Position numbers and translations under genes: made by a program. Shown piece after piece: positions 24,495 to 37,443 of a stretch of DNA of 64,000 nucleotides (positions are counted from its first letter, which is position 1; each line of letters opens with the position of its first letter). The DNA comes from Eledone cirrhosa (Eukaryota): NCBI GenBank assembly GCA_964016885.1, contig OZ024740.1, forward strand, positions 58,094,001 to 58,158,000, read 5' to 3'. The notes under the pieces are model-generated. The model did not search any database. It was not told the origin of the DNA and saw only the letters and a program-made list of their open reading frames with translations.

Positions 24495-24943
24495 CACGCA
24501 TATAGCATTAGTTATAGGAATGAATATTTCAAAGACATAAGAATATTTTTTCTTGTAACAGCTTTAGCAAAGTGATCTATGAGATAAAAGATATTCATAT
24601 TTCAGTACAATGATATAGAAATATATTAAAATAGCATCCAGAGAATGGCATGTGAAAATATGTTAAGGAACATACATTAAAGTAAATGTGTGTAATATAA
24701 TAAAAATATTGTTTTTCTTAGTATGGATCCATGCTTCTCAGAGAAATGTGTAGAAGATTATCTATACAACTATGTATACACACATTGTTGTCATCAGCAG
24801 GTGATATGATAGAGTAGGTAGTGTGAAAACATGAACTAGTTTTTATACACGAGTCTTTAGTGTGATTTCGAAAATCCACTGGAATCTACCAGGGCTAGCA
24901 GATATTTTGATATAAGTCTAATGCTATGTATACATTCTATATA
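24304..24943. mobile_element. MITE/foldback element with ~165-bp TIRs
   Basis: 24304-24468 is the reverse complement of 24781-24943 with few mismatches. About 310-bp AT-rich interior; TA-repeat flanks. Confidence 0.8.
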
Positions 24944-24949
24944 GTTTTG

Positions 24950-24972
24950 TGTATGTGTGTGTGTGTGTGTGT

Positions 24973-25053
<81 letters not shown>
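24950..25053. repeat. (GT)n followed by (CA)n microsatellite
   Basis: Directly visible. Confidence 0.95.
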
Positions 25054-25057
<4 letters not shown>

Positions 25058-25143
25058 TATGTGTGTGTATAAGCATGTATGTATATACCCATGCTAGCAT
25101 GAAAAAATGGACGTTAAACAATGATGATGATATATATATATAC

Positions 25144-26576
25144 CATCAGGGCTCTGTTCTTAGCCCCCTACTATTTATTATTGCCCTTCAGGCTATAACA
25201 GAGGAGTTCAAGACCGGCTGCCTATGGGAACTCCTATACGCAGATGATCTAACGCTCATAGCTGAATCAATGGCCGAGCTAGAGAAGAAATTCAAAACAT
25301 GGAAGCACGGCCTAGAATCAAAAGGCCTTAAAATTAACCTGGCTAAGACTAAAGTTCTAGTTTGTAGGAAAGAAAATAAGGCGCCGGTCCCTTCCGGGAA
25401 ATGGCCATGCTCAGTGTGTAGGAAAGGCGTAGGTAGAAACTCCATTTTATGTCCCAAATGCAAAGTATGGGTGCATAAAAGATGTAGTGGGATCACAGGT
25501 AAGCTAACTAAGAACATAGATTTTACATGTGGCCGGTGCTCTGGTGAAATAATTAGCAGCAAGTGCCCACAAAATACTAGCTCTTTCAATTGCGCAGAGG
25601 GTTCTATAGAAATAGTGGACAGCTTCCGTTACCTGGGTGACAAAATCAGCAGTGGGGGAGGGTGCTCTGAAAGTACAGTAGCTAGAGTCAGAACTGGATG
25701 GAAAAAGTTCAGAGAGCTTATACCACTATTAGCCGCTAAAGGGTTCTCCCTAAAAATGAAAGGCAGGTTGTATGATGCCTGCATACGAACAGCAATGTTG
25801 CATGGCAGTGAGACCTGGGCATTGTGTGCAGAGGATATACGCAGACTAGAGAGGAACGAAGCTTGCATGCTCCACTGGATGTGTAATAGTAATATACGTG
25901 AACGGCAAAGCATAAACGAACTAAGGAAAAAATTAAAAATAAGAGAGATCAGATGTTGTTTACTCGAGAGAAGGCTACGTTGGTATGGTCACGTGATGCG
26001 CATGAAAGACGACAGCTGTATAACAAAGTGCAAGGCAATAAAGATAGACGGTAGCCACGGAGTAGGCAGACCCAGAAAAACCTGGGACGAGCTGATAAAT
26101 TCCGACCTCACACACTTACACCTCTCCAAGACAATGTCACTGGACCGAGACCTTTGGCGGTACTCAGTAATAGAGAAGACCCGCCTTACCTAAATACAAA
26201 GTAAAAGCTACTACAGTCAGTAGGCATCTCTAACAAAATACACCCCGTCCCACCACCCCCACCCCATCCACACCGCCCCTCTTTCAATGTAAAGTTATGT
26301 TGGTGCCACAACATCCAGGCCGAAACAAATGAGATCGTGTAGGTGTCACGACAAAAAAACACACAGTCCACGCTGGAATGTGGCCGTGTAGGCAACACGG
26401 TAAAAACCTCCCAGCCCCACACTGTAAATGTGGTTGGTGTTAGGAAGGGCATCCAGCTGTAGAAAACCTGCCAGACAGTCCTATGCGAGCAATGACAACC
26501 ACTCTTGCCTCAAGTGGGAAAACTCCCGTCCAAACCCATGCAAGCGTGGAACATGGACGTTAAACGATGATGATGA

Positions 26577-26580
<4 letters not shown>
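25144..26580 (+). mobile_element. Young 5'-truncated RTE LINE with uninterrupted C-terminal ORF, 3' UTR and (GAT)n tail
   Basis: Open frame HQGSVLSPLLF, YADD (25237-25248), C4HC3 finger, FRYLG, RLRWYGHV, GRPRKTW to stop at 26193. Tail ggacgttaaacgatgatgatgat. Confidence 0.93.
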
Positions 26581-26635
<55 letters not shown>

Positions 26636-26647
26636 TCATCATCATCA

Positions 26648-26741
<94 letters not shown>

Positions 26742-26943
26742 CGTCATTATCATTATCATCATCATCATTATCATCATTATCATTATCATCATTATCATCA
26801 TTATCATCATTATCATCATTATCATCATTATCATCATCATTATCATTATTATCATCATTATCATTATCATCATTATCATCATTATCATCATCATCATTAT
26901 CATCATTATCATCATCATCATCATCATCATTATCATCATCATT

Positions 26944-26984
<41 letters not shown>

Positions 26985-26985
26985 T

Positions 26986-27017
<32 letters not shown>

Positions 27018-27066
27018 TATCATTATTATCATCATTATCATTATCATCATTATCATCATCATCATT

Positions 27067-27101
<35 letters not shown>

Positions 27102-27210
27102 TATCATCATCATCATTATCATCATCATCATTATCATCATCATCATTATCATCATTATCATTATCATCATTATCATCATCATCATTATCATCATCATCAT
27201 TATCATCATC

Positions 27211-27242
<32 letters not shown>

Positions 27243-27270
27243 TATATCATTATATATATATATATATAAA
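26568..27270. repeat. Compound microsatellite (GAT)(AT)(CAT)(CGT)(CGC)(CAT/TAT)(AT)
   Basis: Directly visible, about 700 bp. Confidence 0.97.
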
Positions 27271-27279
27271 TAAAAATTA

Positions 27280-28400
27280 TCATCATCACCAATAGACATC
27301 TATTTTTCCATGCTTGCATGGGTTACATGGGTTGTAAAGTTATAAGACGTCAAGTTAGGTGACCATGTCTCGCTCATATGGATCTGTAGATTGGCTTGGT
27401 TTCAACCCTGGATGCTCTTCCTAATGCCGACCACTTAACAGGGTTGACTGGGTGCTTTTTTCTGGTGTTACCAACATGACCACCTAACAGAATGGACTGG
27501 GTGATTTTGTTGTGGCATCAGATCACCATACAAGGTGGACTTAGTGCTGTTTTGCTGTGGCAACAGCATTGTGAGATATCAGATGTAGAACATATCCAAC
27601 TTTCATGCTTGTATGCATGTGTTGGACAGGAGAGGTGTATCAAGGATGATGAGTGAGGGTTTTTTTTGTTGGAGAGAACAAGTAAGCAAGTTTGACATGG
27701 ACAAGGTATGTTGGATATTTAGCTGGTGAGGGCAGGGTATTAAGACTGGGGAGAGTGAATGTAGAGGAGTAAAGAGAAGATTGACACAGACTGGTGTCAT
27801 CTACATGTTTGTTTCATTCTGTGCACATGGGAAGGCAGGTCTTCTGCAGTACAGCATAATACCAGAGATCTTGATCCTGTGTCATCTCTTTTGTGAGGTT
27901 TGTGTGCAAGGTTAGCTTCATCACTTCATCCCAAGCTTTCCTCGGTCTTCCTCTTCCATACTTTTAATCGACTTTGGACATTCCGCATCTTTTTAAACAG
28001 CTATCATCCTCCATATGCATCACACATCCATACTACTGCAATCTCCTCTCCTGCATACAGAATCTGACTCCTCTTATGCTCAGTTTCTCTCTCAGTTCAT
28101 TGATGCGTTGCCGTTCATGCACACAACTATTACATATCCATCGGACATGCAAGCTTCATTTCTTTTCAATCTTTGTAGGTCTTCTGCACACGATGCCCAG
28201 GTCTCACTTTCATGCAGCATTGCTGTTTGTACATAAGCATCATACAAGCTTCCTTTCATTTTGAGAGAAAAACCTCTCGTAGCTAGAAGCGGTAGTAGTT
28301 CCCTGAACCTTTTCCATCCCGTTCTCACTTTGACTACCCACCTTTCAGAACACCCACCTGCACTGGTATTTTGGTCACCCAGGTAACAGAAGCTCATAGA
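27280..28400 (-). mobile_element. RTE LINE 3' fragment with UTR
   Basis: SFCYLGD..GGC..RTGWKRFRELLPLLATRGFSLKMKG. Tail catcatcaccaatagacatctatttttccatgcttgc at the left end. Confidence 0.85.
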
Positions 28401-28843
28401 AAGGAGGGTCTTCTGTATAACTAGGCTTTTTTTAGGCAGTCTTTACTCACCTCATTGTAGTTGTGAGAGTTTTCTTGAGAGCTAACAGTGTCATCCATTA
28501 CTCTATCTCCCCTAGTAGTTTACCTCTGTGGTCCCATCCTTCATAACTAGAGTAAGGACCAGATACTACAATAGCTTTTTGTTCAAGGACCCCCAGTGCT
28601 TTAATATGCAACCAAAAATACTTGTGAGATTTAAATGGAGTAGATGTAGATGTTTTCAAGAAAATCTCAACATTCTGGTATCAAAGATCCTAGATGAGCC
28701 CACAGCACATCAAGAAATACACATAAAGGCAGTAGTGATACGCTCTCTTATGCATCATGTATATTATATATATTTTGATTATATTTATTTTGATACATAT
28801 TTTTGAACAAAATTCTTTATTATAATACACTTTTCTATTTTAG

Positions 28844-28952
28844 GGATATTTATTACCAACATGTTAACAGCTTTCAGAAGCAATCTGTCCTTGACACTTT
28901 ACTTAACAACATATCACATTTACTGGAAGTACCTCGTTGGGATCTACATGTT
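28844..28952 (+). CDS. SPO11: SPO11 coding exon C (109 nt) with catalytic tyrosine
   Basis: ttttag acceptor and gtaagt donor. Reads (R)DIYYQHVNSFQKQSVLDTLLNNISHLLEVPRWDLHV. TKRDIYY is the SPO11/Top6A active-site motif; Tyr codons at 28851-28856. Confidence 0.95.
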
Positions 28953-28983
28953 GTAAGTTAACTTGTTATTTTCATTTTTCATT

Positions 28984-29179
28984 TCATTTTACGTCCGCTT
29001 TTCCCTGCTTGCAAGGGTGGGACGGGAACTGATTCTGGATTAATTTCTACAGCTGGATGCCCTTCCTAACACCAACCTCATTTACAGTGAGTGCTGGGTG
29101 CTTTTTTTCCGTGGCACCTCCACGACCACTTTGCAGTGGAATGATAGGGACCTCAGTTCTATCATCTCATTTCTACAGC
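28984..29179 (-). mobile_element. SINE 3' half with RTE-derived tail
   Basis: Reverse complement of 6828-7025 and 54483-54637. Begins about 30 nt after the exon C donor. Confidence 0.85.
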
Positions 29180-30511
29180 ATTTATAATCATATATTTTAT
29201 TTATCATTAATAAAGATGTTACAAAATATGACCACACTCTGAAAAAGCTCTTCTGAAGTTTGTGTGCCTATGTAGAGTAGCCCATATATTTTCAAAAATG
29301 TGTAATTCTTTTGTGATTAAATCTTTAATTTTCATGGAATTTTGAAAATAATCAAGATTTTGGAATGAAATAAAAAAGAAAGAAAAAAATGATTGTGTAC
29401 AGTGCTCAGCTACACTATGACAGTAATTTAGTAAAATAAATTAGAATGTTTTATTATTCTCATATTAAGATGTTGCTTGGAAAATAACTGAACAAAAGAT
29501 TCTTACATAAAAGTATGTTTTAATTTAAATATAAATACTCTTCAATGTGCTAATGCTGGTGCCATGATAACATACAGCCAGTTTACTCTTTAGAGTAGTA
29601 GTGCTGTTGTCATGACAAAATGCACCATGTACACTCTGTAAAGTGGTTGGTGCTAGAAAGGGTACCCTGCCATAGACACCATGTAAAATATGGAACATAT
29701 GAGCGAGATGAATTTTCTCTGACCCTTCTAGTCTTATATCATGACAGACTGTGCTATCCAAGCTAGTATGGAAAATGGATTCAAAATGATGATGATTTAA
29801 AGCATGTGATTATGTATCAAATAACTGGAGGCAATATCAGCCAAATTAATGGTGACCTTTTATTAGAAAGAATTATAAATTTTAGTATATATTTAATGAT
29901 TATTTATTTTAAATTTTCTCATTCTGAAATATAATTTTTTTCATCCATAAATATTTTTTTTCCTGCTTTTAGTGCTTTTCTATTGTCCAGTCCATTTATA
30001 TATTCTTCGTACCTATTTCTCTTTACCAAAATTATTTGCTTAAAATGTTCCAGCTTTGACATCCAACTTTTATCATCCTATGGTTAAATTAACCCTATTG
30101 ATACCAACCTTCCTGAAACTACCCCAGTTTTATGGTGCTCAACTGTTCATTTAAAAATATTCATACTTATATTAAACTCTTCCATCATAATTTTATTTAA
30201 GAAATATGAAGTTATATTTCAAACACCAGCTTACTAATCAAAACATTAGCTATCTCATTAAATTTTTCATTTAAAAAGAAAAAAAAAATTATACACATAG
30301 GCAGTGTATTTCAATACAAGTATAGTAACAATAGTGTTAAGCCAATATTTTTTTGTAAAAAGGATTTCAAAAAATTGCTAGCTAGTAAGCCCTTATATAT
30401 TTGTACATGAATCAGGTTAATAATTAATTAATGTTTGATTTCTTAAAACAAATTATGTTGATAATTGACAGATTTGTTAAATTGTATTGAATTAGACAAT
30501 ATTACATCATA

Positions 30512-31585
30512 TCTATATATTAATTTCAACAATGTCAGTATTCCGTGTGTCATAATTCTCGATTATCATTGGTTCATAGGTTTCAAACGACTCCGCCCAC
30601 CTCAATGACGCCAAACTGAAAGTAATATGCATAATGCCAATGAGGGAGTGAGAGGGGAGAGTGTGAACGCTGCGTTCAATAACTATTAACATGTGTGCGT
30701 GTGTATGTACGTGCGCGTATGTTTGTGTGTGCGTGCGTGCAGCGTTCCAGAGAAAGTAAAAACTATCAACATGTGTGTGCGTGTGTAAGTTTGCATGCAT
30801 GTGCGCGTTTCCATGCGTGTATGTGTGTGGCGTTCCACAATCGCCACGCAGTTTATCTGTCTGTGTCCCTGTCTGTCAGTCTAACATACACAGAGTTGTG
30901 AAGGGAGTAAATAGGGACCTTTCTTTACATTGACGGACATCTTTTATATTTATTATTGTGTCATTTTTTGACAATTGCTCGAAATGAATACTGATAATAA
31001 AAGCAATTCGACTTTATCAAACAGTGAACTGCAGCGGCGACGGTGTGCAGCCAGCAATGAAGAAAAACGGGCCGAACAGTGCCATCGGAATGCCGAACTT
31101 CAGAGGCGAAGACGTGCCGCCATGAATGAAGAGGAGCTGGCTGAACAACGCCAACAAAACACTGGAGCCAAGCAGTGACGGCGTGCTGCGATGGTTGAAG
31201 ACGAACTGGCTGAGCATCATCTTTTATATTAATTATCTATATCTATATCTACATAAAATATAAAAGATTGGAACTTCCATCAACCTTTTGAGAAACGTGG
31301 AACAACTACGTCTATGCAATGATACACGTTTTACAGTCAGGTAAAAAATGAACCATCTCCTAGAGGTCACTATTCTAGGTGGGAGCATCTAGAATTGTTC
31401 ATATACTATGCACAAACGGTACAACGAAGAATCTGGAAGATTTTGTTACTGTTTTCTGTATTACACAGACACCCACAGACTCGCCTCATACTGTAACCAG
31501 ACAAACATCCAATACAGTCATTTTCTCTTTTACCTGTCTTTTCTTATTATCTGTTTACCCAGGCGAAGCTGGGTTCGTCAGCTAG
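30512..31585 (+). mobile_element. Non-autonomous Helitron (possibly composite)
   Basis: A|TCTATATA 5' end. Subterminal hairpin ACCCAGgcgaagCTGGGT (31557-31574) and CTAG|T 3' end. Internal QRRRRAAMNEEELAEQRQQN repeats and PIF1 fragment LLRNVEQLRLCNDTRF. Confidence 0.85.
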
Positions 31586-32367
31586 TATTATTTTATTTTG
31601 GGAAATTTATTTGGAAAAGGTTTATTCTGAATGTGTGAAAAGTCTCATGATTTATAGGAGCAAGACATGGGTGAGGAATGTCGAGCAGCAGAGATGAGTG
31701 GAAAGAATGGAAGTGAAAATGGTTCAGTGGATTATCGGAGGATTGCTGAGAGAGAGAGGGAGAGAGAGACAATGTATTACAGAGAAAGATGGGAATAGAG
31801 CCAGCAGTGAATATTGTGAAGAGAAATGAAATTAAATGGCTGGGTCATGTGTTGAGGAAAGGGAAATGAATGTGGAAGAAAGTAGAAGAGAAAGACCACA
31901 GAAGATATGACTAAAGATGATGGCAGAGGAAATAAAAGCCAAGGAGTTGGTGAAGAAGGATGCAGATAAGGCATGATAAGTTTGTCATGGGTTCCACATG
32001 GTTAGCACCTACTTTAGCAAGGAAAATGACCATATTGTTATTTAGGGAAATTGTTTATTCTTAGAGTATCACTGAGAATAAATGTTTATAGAATTTCGGT
32101 TACCTCATCTATCATTCACCTAACCATGCTCAACTTTTCCTTTAGTAAATGGATAATAATTGTTATTTTACTTTCATACCCTCCCTCCAACTCTAACAGT
32201 AATTGATCTATTATTTTTTAAGTCCACTTGAGTTTACAAACTACAAATCTGTCTTTCTAACAACTGACAAATGAAAGTTTTGTTTTAAAACCTGGTTATA
32301 TTTTCAATCAATCATTTTACCAATAAATTCTTCAGCTGTCTTTATATGCTGCTATTATTCACAAATC

Positions 32368-32886
32368 CTAGGTCTGTCGAAAAAGTATGCGACTAATATT
32401 TTCCAGTGGGAAGTAATGGTGTTGGGGAGAAAAAAGTGGGCAGATTGGAACTGCATACATTTATGTGCATGTGTGGTTTTTGGCAAATTTGCTGAATATG
32501 TTAATTGTTGTCAGATAGCCAGCATGTGAGTTGCTGTGCAACTTATCACATTTTCATTTCACCCAGTACTGCCATCAAGAATCCTGAGTTCTTGAATACC
32601 CTGAATCAAAGCTTAGTCATCACAATGGAAGCCCTCAGCATTACTAAGACTTCCAAAATGTATGTCAGGTGTGGGACAAAATGGTGATGCCCATTGTCTT
32701 CTTCAACTACTGAGATTTTGTGCATTTGAGAGTTGAAAGAATATCATGCATATTGTGACAGTGAAGCTGAGAACCATTCTGGAAGAAATATTCCAGACAT
32801 GGTTTAAACAGTGGAAGGGATGCTGGGCTAAATATGTACTTTTTTCTCACATTCAAAGGTTGGATACTTTTTCAACAGACATCATA
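32368..32886 (+). mobile_element. mariner deletion derivative
   Basis: TIR pair gtctgtcgaaaaagtatgc / ggatactttttcaacagac. Internal VMPIVFFNY and LRTILEEIFQTWFKQWKGCWAKYV resemble mariner transposase. Confidence 0.7.
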
Positions 32887-35800
32887 TATTTAGATATAAT
32901 TTTATGTAATCCAATTTGGAGATTGATATAAACAGAACATATTGCTATCAATAATATTTTATATAATTGTCTATTTTCTTTTATACTATGTAAAATATTT
33001 TCCATGAGTAATAGGTAATTATTATTTCAGTTTTCTTCTAACCATTTTGTCATTTTTTAAATAATTTTTATGAGAAATTGTAGTGTCCATAGCCCATGCT
33101 AGCTCTCACGTATCAATAGAGTTGGTATTCAGATACTTTTTGTAATCTGATATTTGGAGTAAAACCAGTAGCAAGGATACAGTTTGGGAAGGAAGGATTA
33201 GAGAAAAACATTGTTCAGTATGAGTTCTGTAAGATGGTGTTACACAATATGGATAATAGGAAGCAGAGGGGAAGATCATATCATGTGGATTTGGTGAGGG
33301 TGGTGCACAATTAAAAATTAGTAGTAGAAAATGGTGTTGTAGATTTTTATCAAATATCACACATTTTACAGGAATAAATTGATAATTAATCAACCATTCT
33401 ACATTTTGAGGCAATGCATTTTAATTTTGAGATTGCACTTTTATTTTTTCTTCGCAACTATTTTTTATAGCAGTGTGATTAAACAGATTAGTTCCGGCTT
33501 TCATAATATTTTGTTTAATAGATGTGTTAATTCATGAATTTAGTCACTTAATATATAGTCAAACCTCAATTAAATCACATCCTACTTTCTTCAAAAATGG
33601 AAGGAAGGTTACATTCAGTAGTCTACTATGTGCAAGAATTGGAAAAATAAGACTGTTGTCATAGATGGAATTTCTTTGATCATAGGTTTACTTGATCAGC
33701 CCTGATATGGAAACCCTTTTGATACCAATCTATCCAAAATAACCTATTTTAAAAGGTTCCTGTTTAATTTAATATCTTCCAACATAATTTGATATCAATC
33801 TTTTGTTGTTAGAAATACCATCATAATAATGAAATAATTATTTTAGTAAATTTCTCTCAATTCTTCATTAATTAATTTAATTGCAATGTATTTCATAAGA
33901 AACTTGGCGATGAAAGATTTAAAATGAGTTTGTAATTATATCGTTCCTTCTCTTAGAAGTGGCGCAGAGATTTTATATCTGAGATATATCTCAGATCATC
34001 TGAATTCAGTCAGTTACTTGAGGTTATATTATTTTTTTTTTTAAATCACATTTATTGCATCGTTTTAGAGACTTTCTAAATCTTGTAGTTTCACTGACTT
34101 AGTGTTTTCAGTCTGCTGCACATCAAATAATTTTGATATTACAAAATATATGAAATTTTAATGTATAGAAGTGCATTTTCTTAATAAATTCTTTTTAATA
34201 ATTTATTTCTAAATTTCTAATAAATGTCTAATATTAGAGATATATATTCATTCATTTGAGTGTAAAGAATTTTCTTATAAAATTATGATTAATATTATTT
34301 TATATTTTGGGGTAACACTCCTTAAAATTACAGAACTATGAAAAAAACCCTTTAAATAAACACAAGTTTAAATGATTATAATTGACTGATTTCTTGATAT
34401 TTTATGAAATGAATTTATATTTTATTATGAGTTTTAAATAAATGGAAAATTTGTTACAGAATTGTTGAACCATAGATGGCATAAACATTTTGATGTTATC
34501 TATGGTTCAACAAAACTCAATCTAATTCAATACATATGATTAAATATCTTATATCAAATAAAAAAAAATATTAACTAGACTCTGCCACTATGCCAACTTG
34601 AATGGACCTGTTATTTTTCTCTAAAAAACATTTTTTCCAATTCCACCCTGCTCGTCCCGTTAATCTATCTAATTTCTCATTCTTTCTTCTGATGAAGGAC
34701 TAGCTTCTGAAATGTTAAGATGCTCTTTCTGCTATTTCAAGCATTAACCTAATATATTCCTTCCATATTCTGTGCTGATATATATATATATGTATGTTTA
34801 TTTTTATTTGTAAAAATTTTATGCAACATGCATATTTTGAATATATTTTTTTATAAAGCCATATAAAGAATGGATTTCTTTAAGTTGAAATACTAAATTA
34901 AAAAGGACAAATTTCCATAAGTAACATATTCTTGTATTTTTTAATTGATAAATTTGCATTTTGTTATTTTTCTCATGAAAATTTCTAGCTATTACTTTAA
35001 TGCTGTTAAAGACAACAACAATTTCCTATTACAACTCACCAGTTATTATGTTCTTTGCAGTTTCAATTACTTGGAAAAAAAATCAATAAATGACATCAAA
35101 TCAAAATTAGTTATCGTGAAAGGTTTCGAATAAAAAGATTACTTTGAAAGATCCCCCACTGTGAATTTGTCACATAATTTACATGACAAATGGTTGCAGT
35201 GAATGAAAAACCTTAATGAAAAGATAATTTAAATATACGGAATAAATATGCTAACAAATCTGTCTTTAAATCAAGATTAGTAAGATTAATCATTTTAGTG
35301 ATATAAAATCATAAAACACTTATTTCTATATAAAACTTTTTCTGCAATATAATTTTTGATATATATTTTGAGCTTAATGTATTACAATGGTTGTATACTG
35401 ATTCAATACATACATTTCATTTTAATGAATATACCTTTATATATTTATCAGTTACTGTTAGTTTTGTTTCTAGCCGAGGACAGAGTTACACTCCATCATT
35501 GTTTTTATGTTTGCATTTTCATGCTAGTTGGATAAGACTTTAGAAGCACTGTTTTGTGACAGAATGTCCTTCTTGACACAAACTCTTTTGTTATCTCTTG
35601 TGTTGTGCAGGGATGTGGTATAACTGAGATACAGTATATTATTTTCTAGCTATATGATATACAATTCTGATAATGCTAACTTTAATTAAATAAATAGTAA
35701 ATAATATTTATTATATATGACTAAATATTTTTAGTGGAAAGCAAATATAGAATGATGATAATGATGATGAAGAATGTTAATAAATATCAGACATACTATA

Positions 35801-37167
35801 TAAATTTGAAAATTAAAATTTAAAGCAAAAAATTCTTAAATACATCAATATGGCTTTTATATTTTTTTTTATGTATTGATTTAAGTTTATAATTTTAAAA
35901 CTTGTTTCAAGATCATACAAATATATTTACATATTACTCATGATCCTATAATTCTGTTAGAGGCAAAGTATTTGCTTTTTATTGTGTGAGATCAACTTCT
36001 GTTGGAGAAAGGTATAGCCAATTGGATTTTCCCATTACTTTCATCAACATTAAAAGAGTGAGATCAGTGTCAATATTGACAGAAGATATAGAAAGATGAC
36101 AAAATGTTGTTGCATAACTCAATACTCTAAGTTACAAACAAAACTAATAGGAATTGATGAATATAATTTCATAAACACAAGACTACATCACACTTATATG
36201 GAAATAATTAATAATTAAAACAGAAATTTGTTCAGAAAGAACATAAACAATCATATTTATATATAAGATTAACTAAAATATTCAAAAGCCTTTAGAAACC
36301 TTACTTGAATATGATACATTATATTATGATAAAAATTTCCTTACTATAATTGTTAAATCTTTTTCTAATATGAACATTTTCTTTTTACTGCTGGCTCTTT
36401 TTCTCTCTAACAGTCTAAATGTAATCAGCATTTACTCAGAATTTGTAAGATTATATCATTGTTTCTAATACATTATAAAGCCAATTACATTGTTCTTGAA
36501 ACACTGAGAACTAGTTCAAAATGTAAACTATTATCGGAATTCCACATTATTTAATAGACTATTCAGGAAATTACTTTCATCAAGTAGGGTAATAGTTTTC
36601 ATTGACCACTTAACATAAAATATTTTAAATCTTTGACAACACAATAAAGCACAATAAAGAACTGCTTTGAGATTTGTTTGGAAGATGACGAAATGTATTT
36701 CAGAATTGATGATTTTTATGACTATTATTTTATTATAATTGCTTTGTAATGAGTTGTTAATAGCCATACATAAAAAAAAACAACTTACATATTATTCAGT
36801 CCAAATCTCTGATGCTTTATTGCTTTTCTCTCAAGAACAGTATATTTTATTATTTACAGCAAGTGTGGTATTTTCTTGAATAATCGTTGTAATTAAGTGG
36901 AAGAAAATAGGATAATTGCATTCTTTTACTTGTTATTGACAGTTTCATTTTATAATATTGCTATTTATAATAAGTTTATTAGTATAGACAACTATTGGCC
37001 TCCATGCATATAACTGATGCTTTGGAATGTAGTACACATTTGAAGATGGGTGAATCTATATAGGTTATTACATTCTGGGTTATTACAATCTGCCACAAGT
37101 ATAAACTAGAAAAACTAATAGGTTTAATAACCCATTAATAGATGTAGTTATTTAGAAAGATTAGTCC

Positions 37168-37410
37168 TTCATCATCATTGATTAACGTCTATCATCGACA
37201 CTAGCATAGATTAGATGGGTTTGTCCCATTTAGAGGCAAGTTGGGTCGAGTGACCGGGTCTCACTCATATAGGAGTATTTTGGGGCTGGTTTTCTATGGC
37301 TGGATGCCCTTCCTAATGTCAACTACATTGACAGTGTATGCTGGGTGCTTTTTGCCGTGTCTTTTACGCACCCACTTTACAGTGGATGTTTTGTGGTACC
37401 AGCATAATAT

Positions 37411-37443
<33 letters not shown>

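Noticed and set aside
24949-25143. N-terminus of the 414-aa ORF as real protein
   Set aside because: It is translated (GT)/(CA) microsatellite plus an older element tail, in frame by chance with a truncated LINE.
26428-27299. Poly-Ile, poly-Ser and poly-Met ORFs
   Set aside because: Artefacts of stop-free triplet microsatellites.
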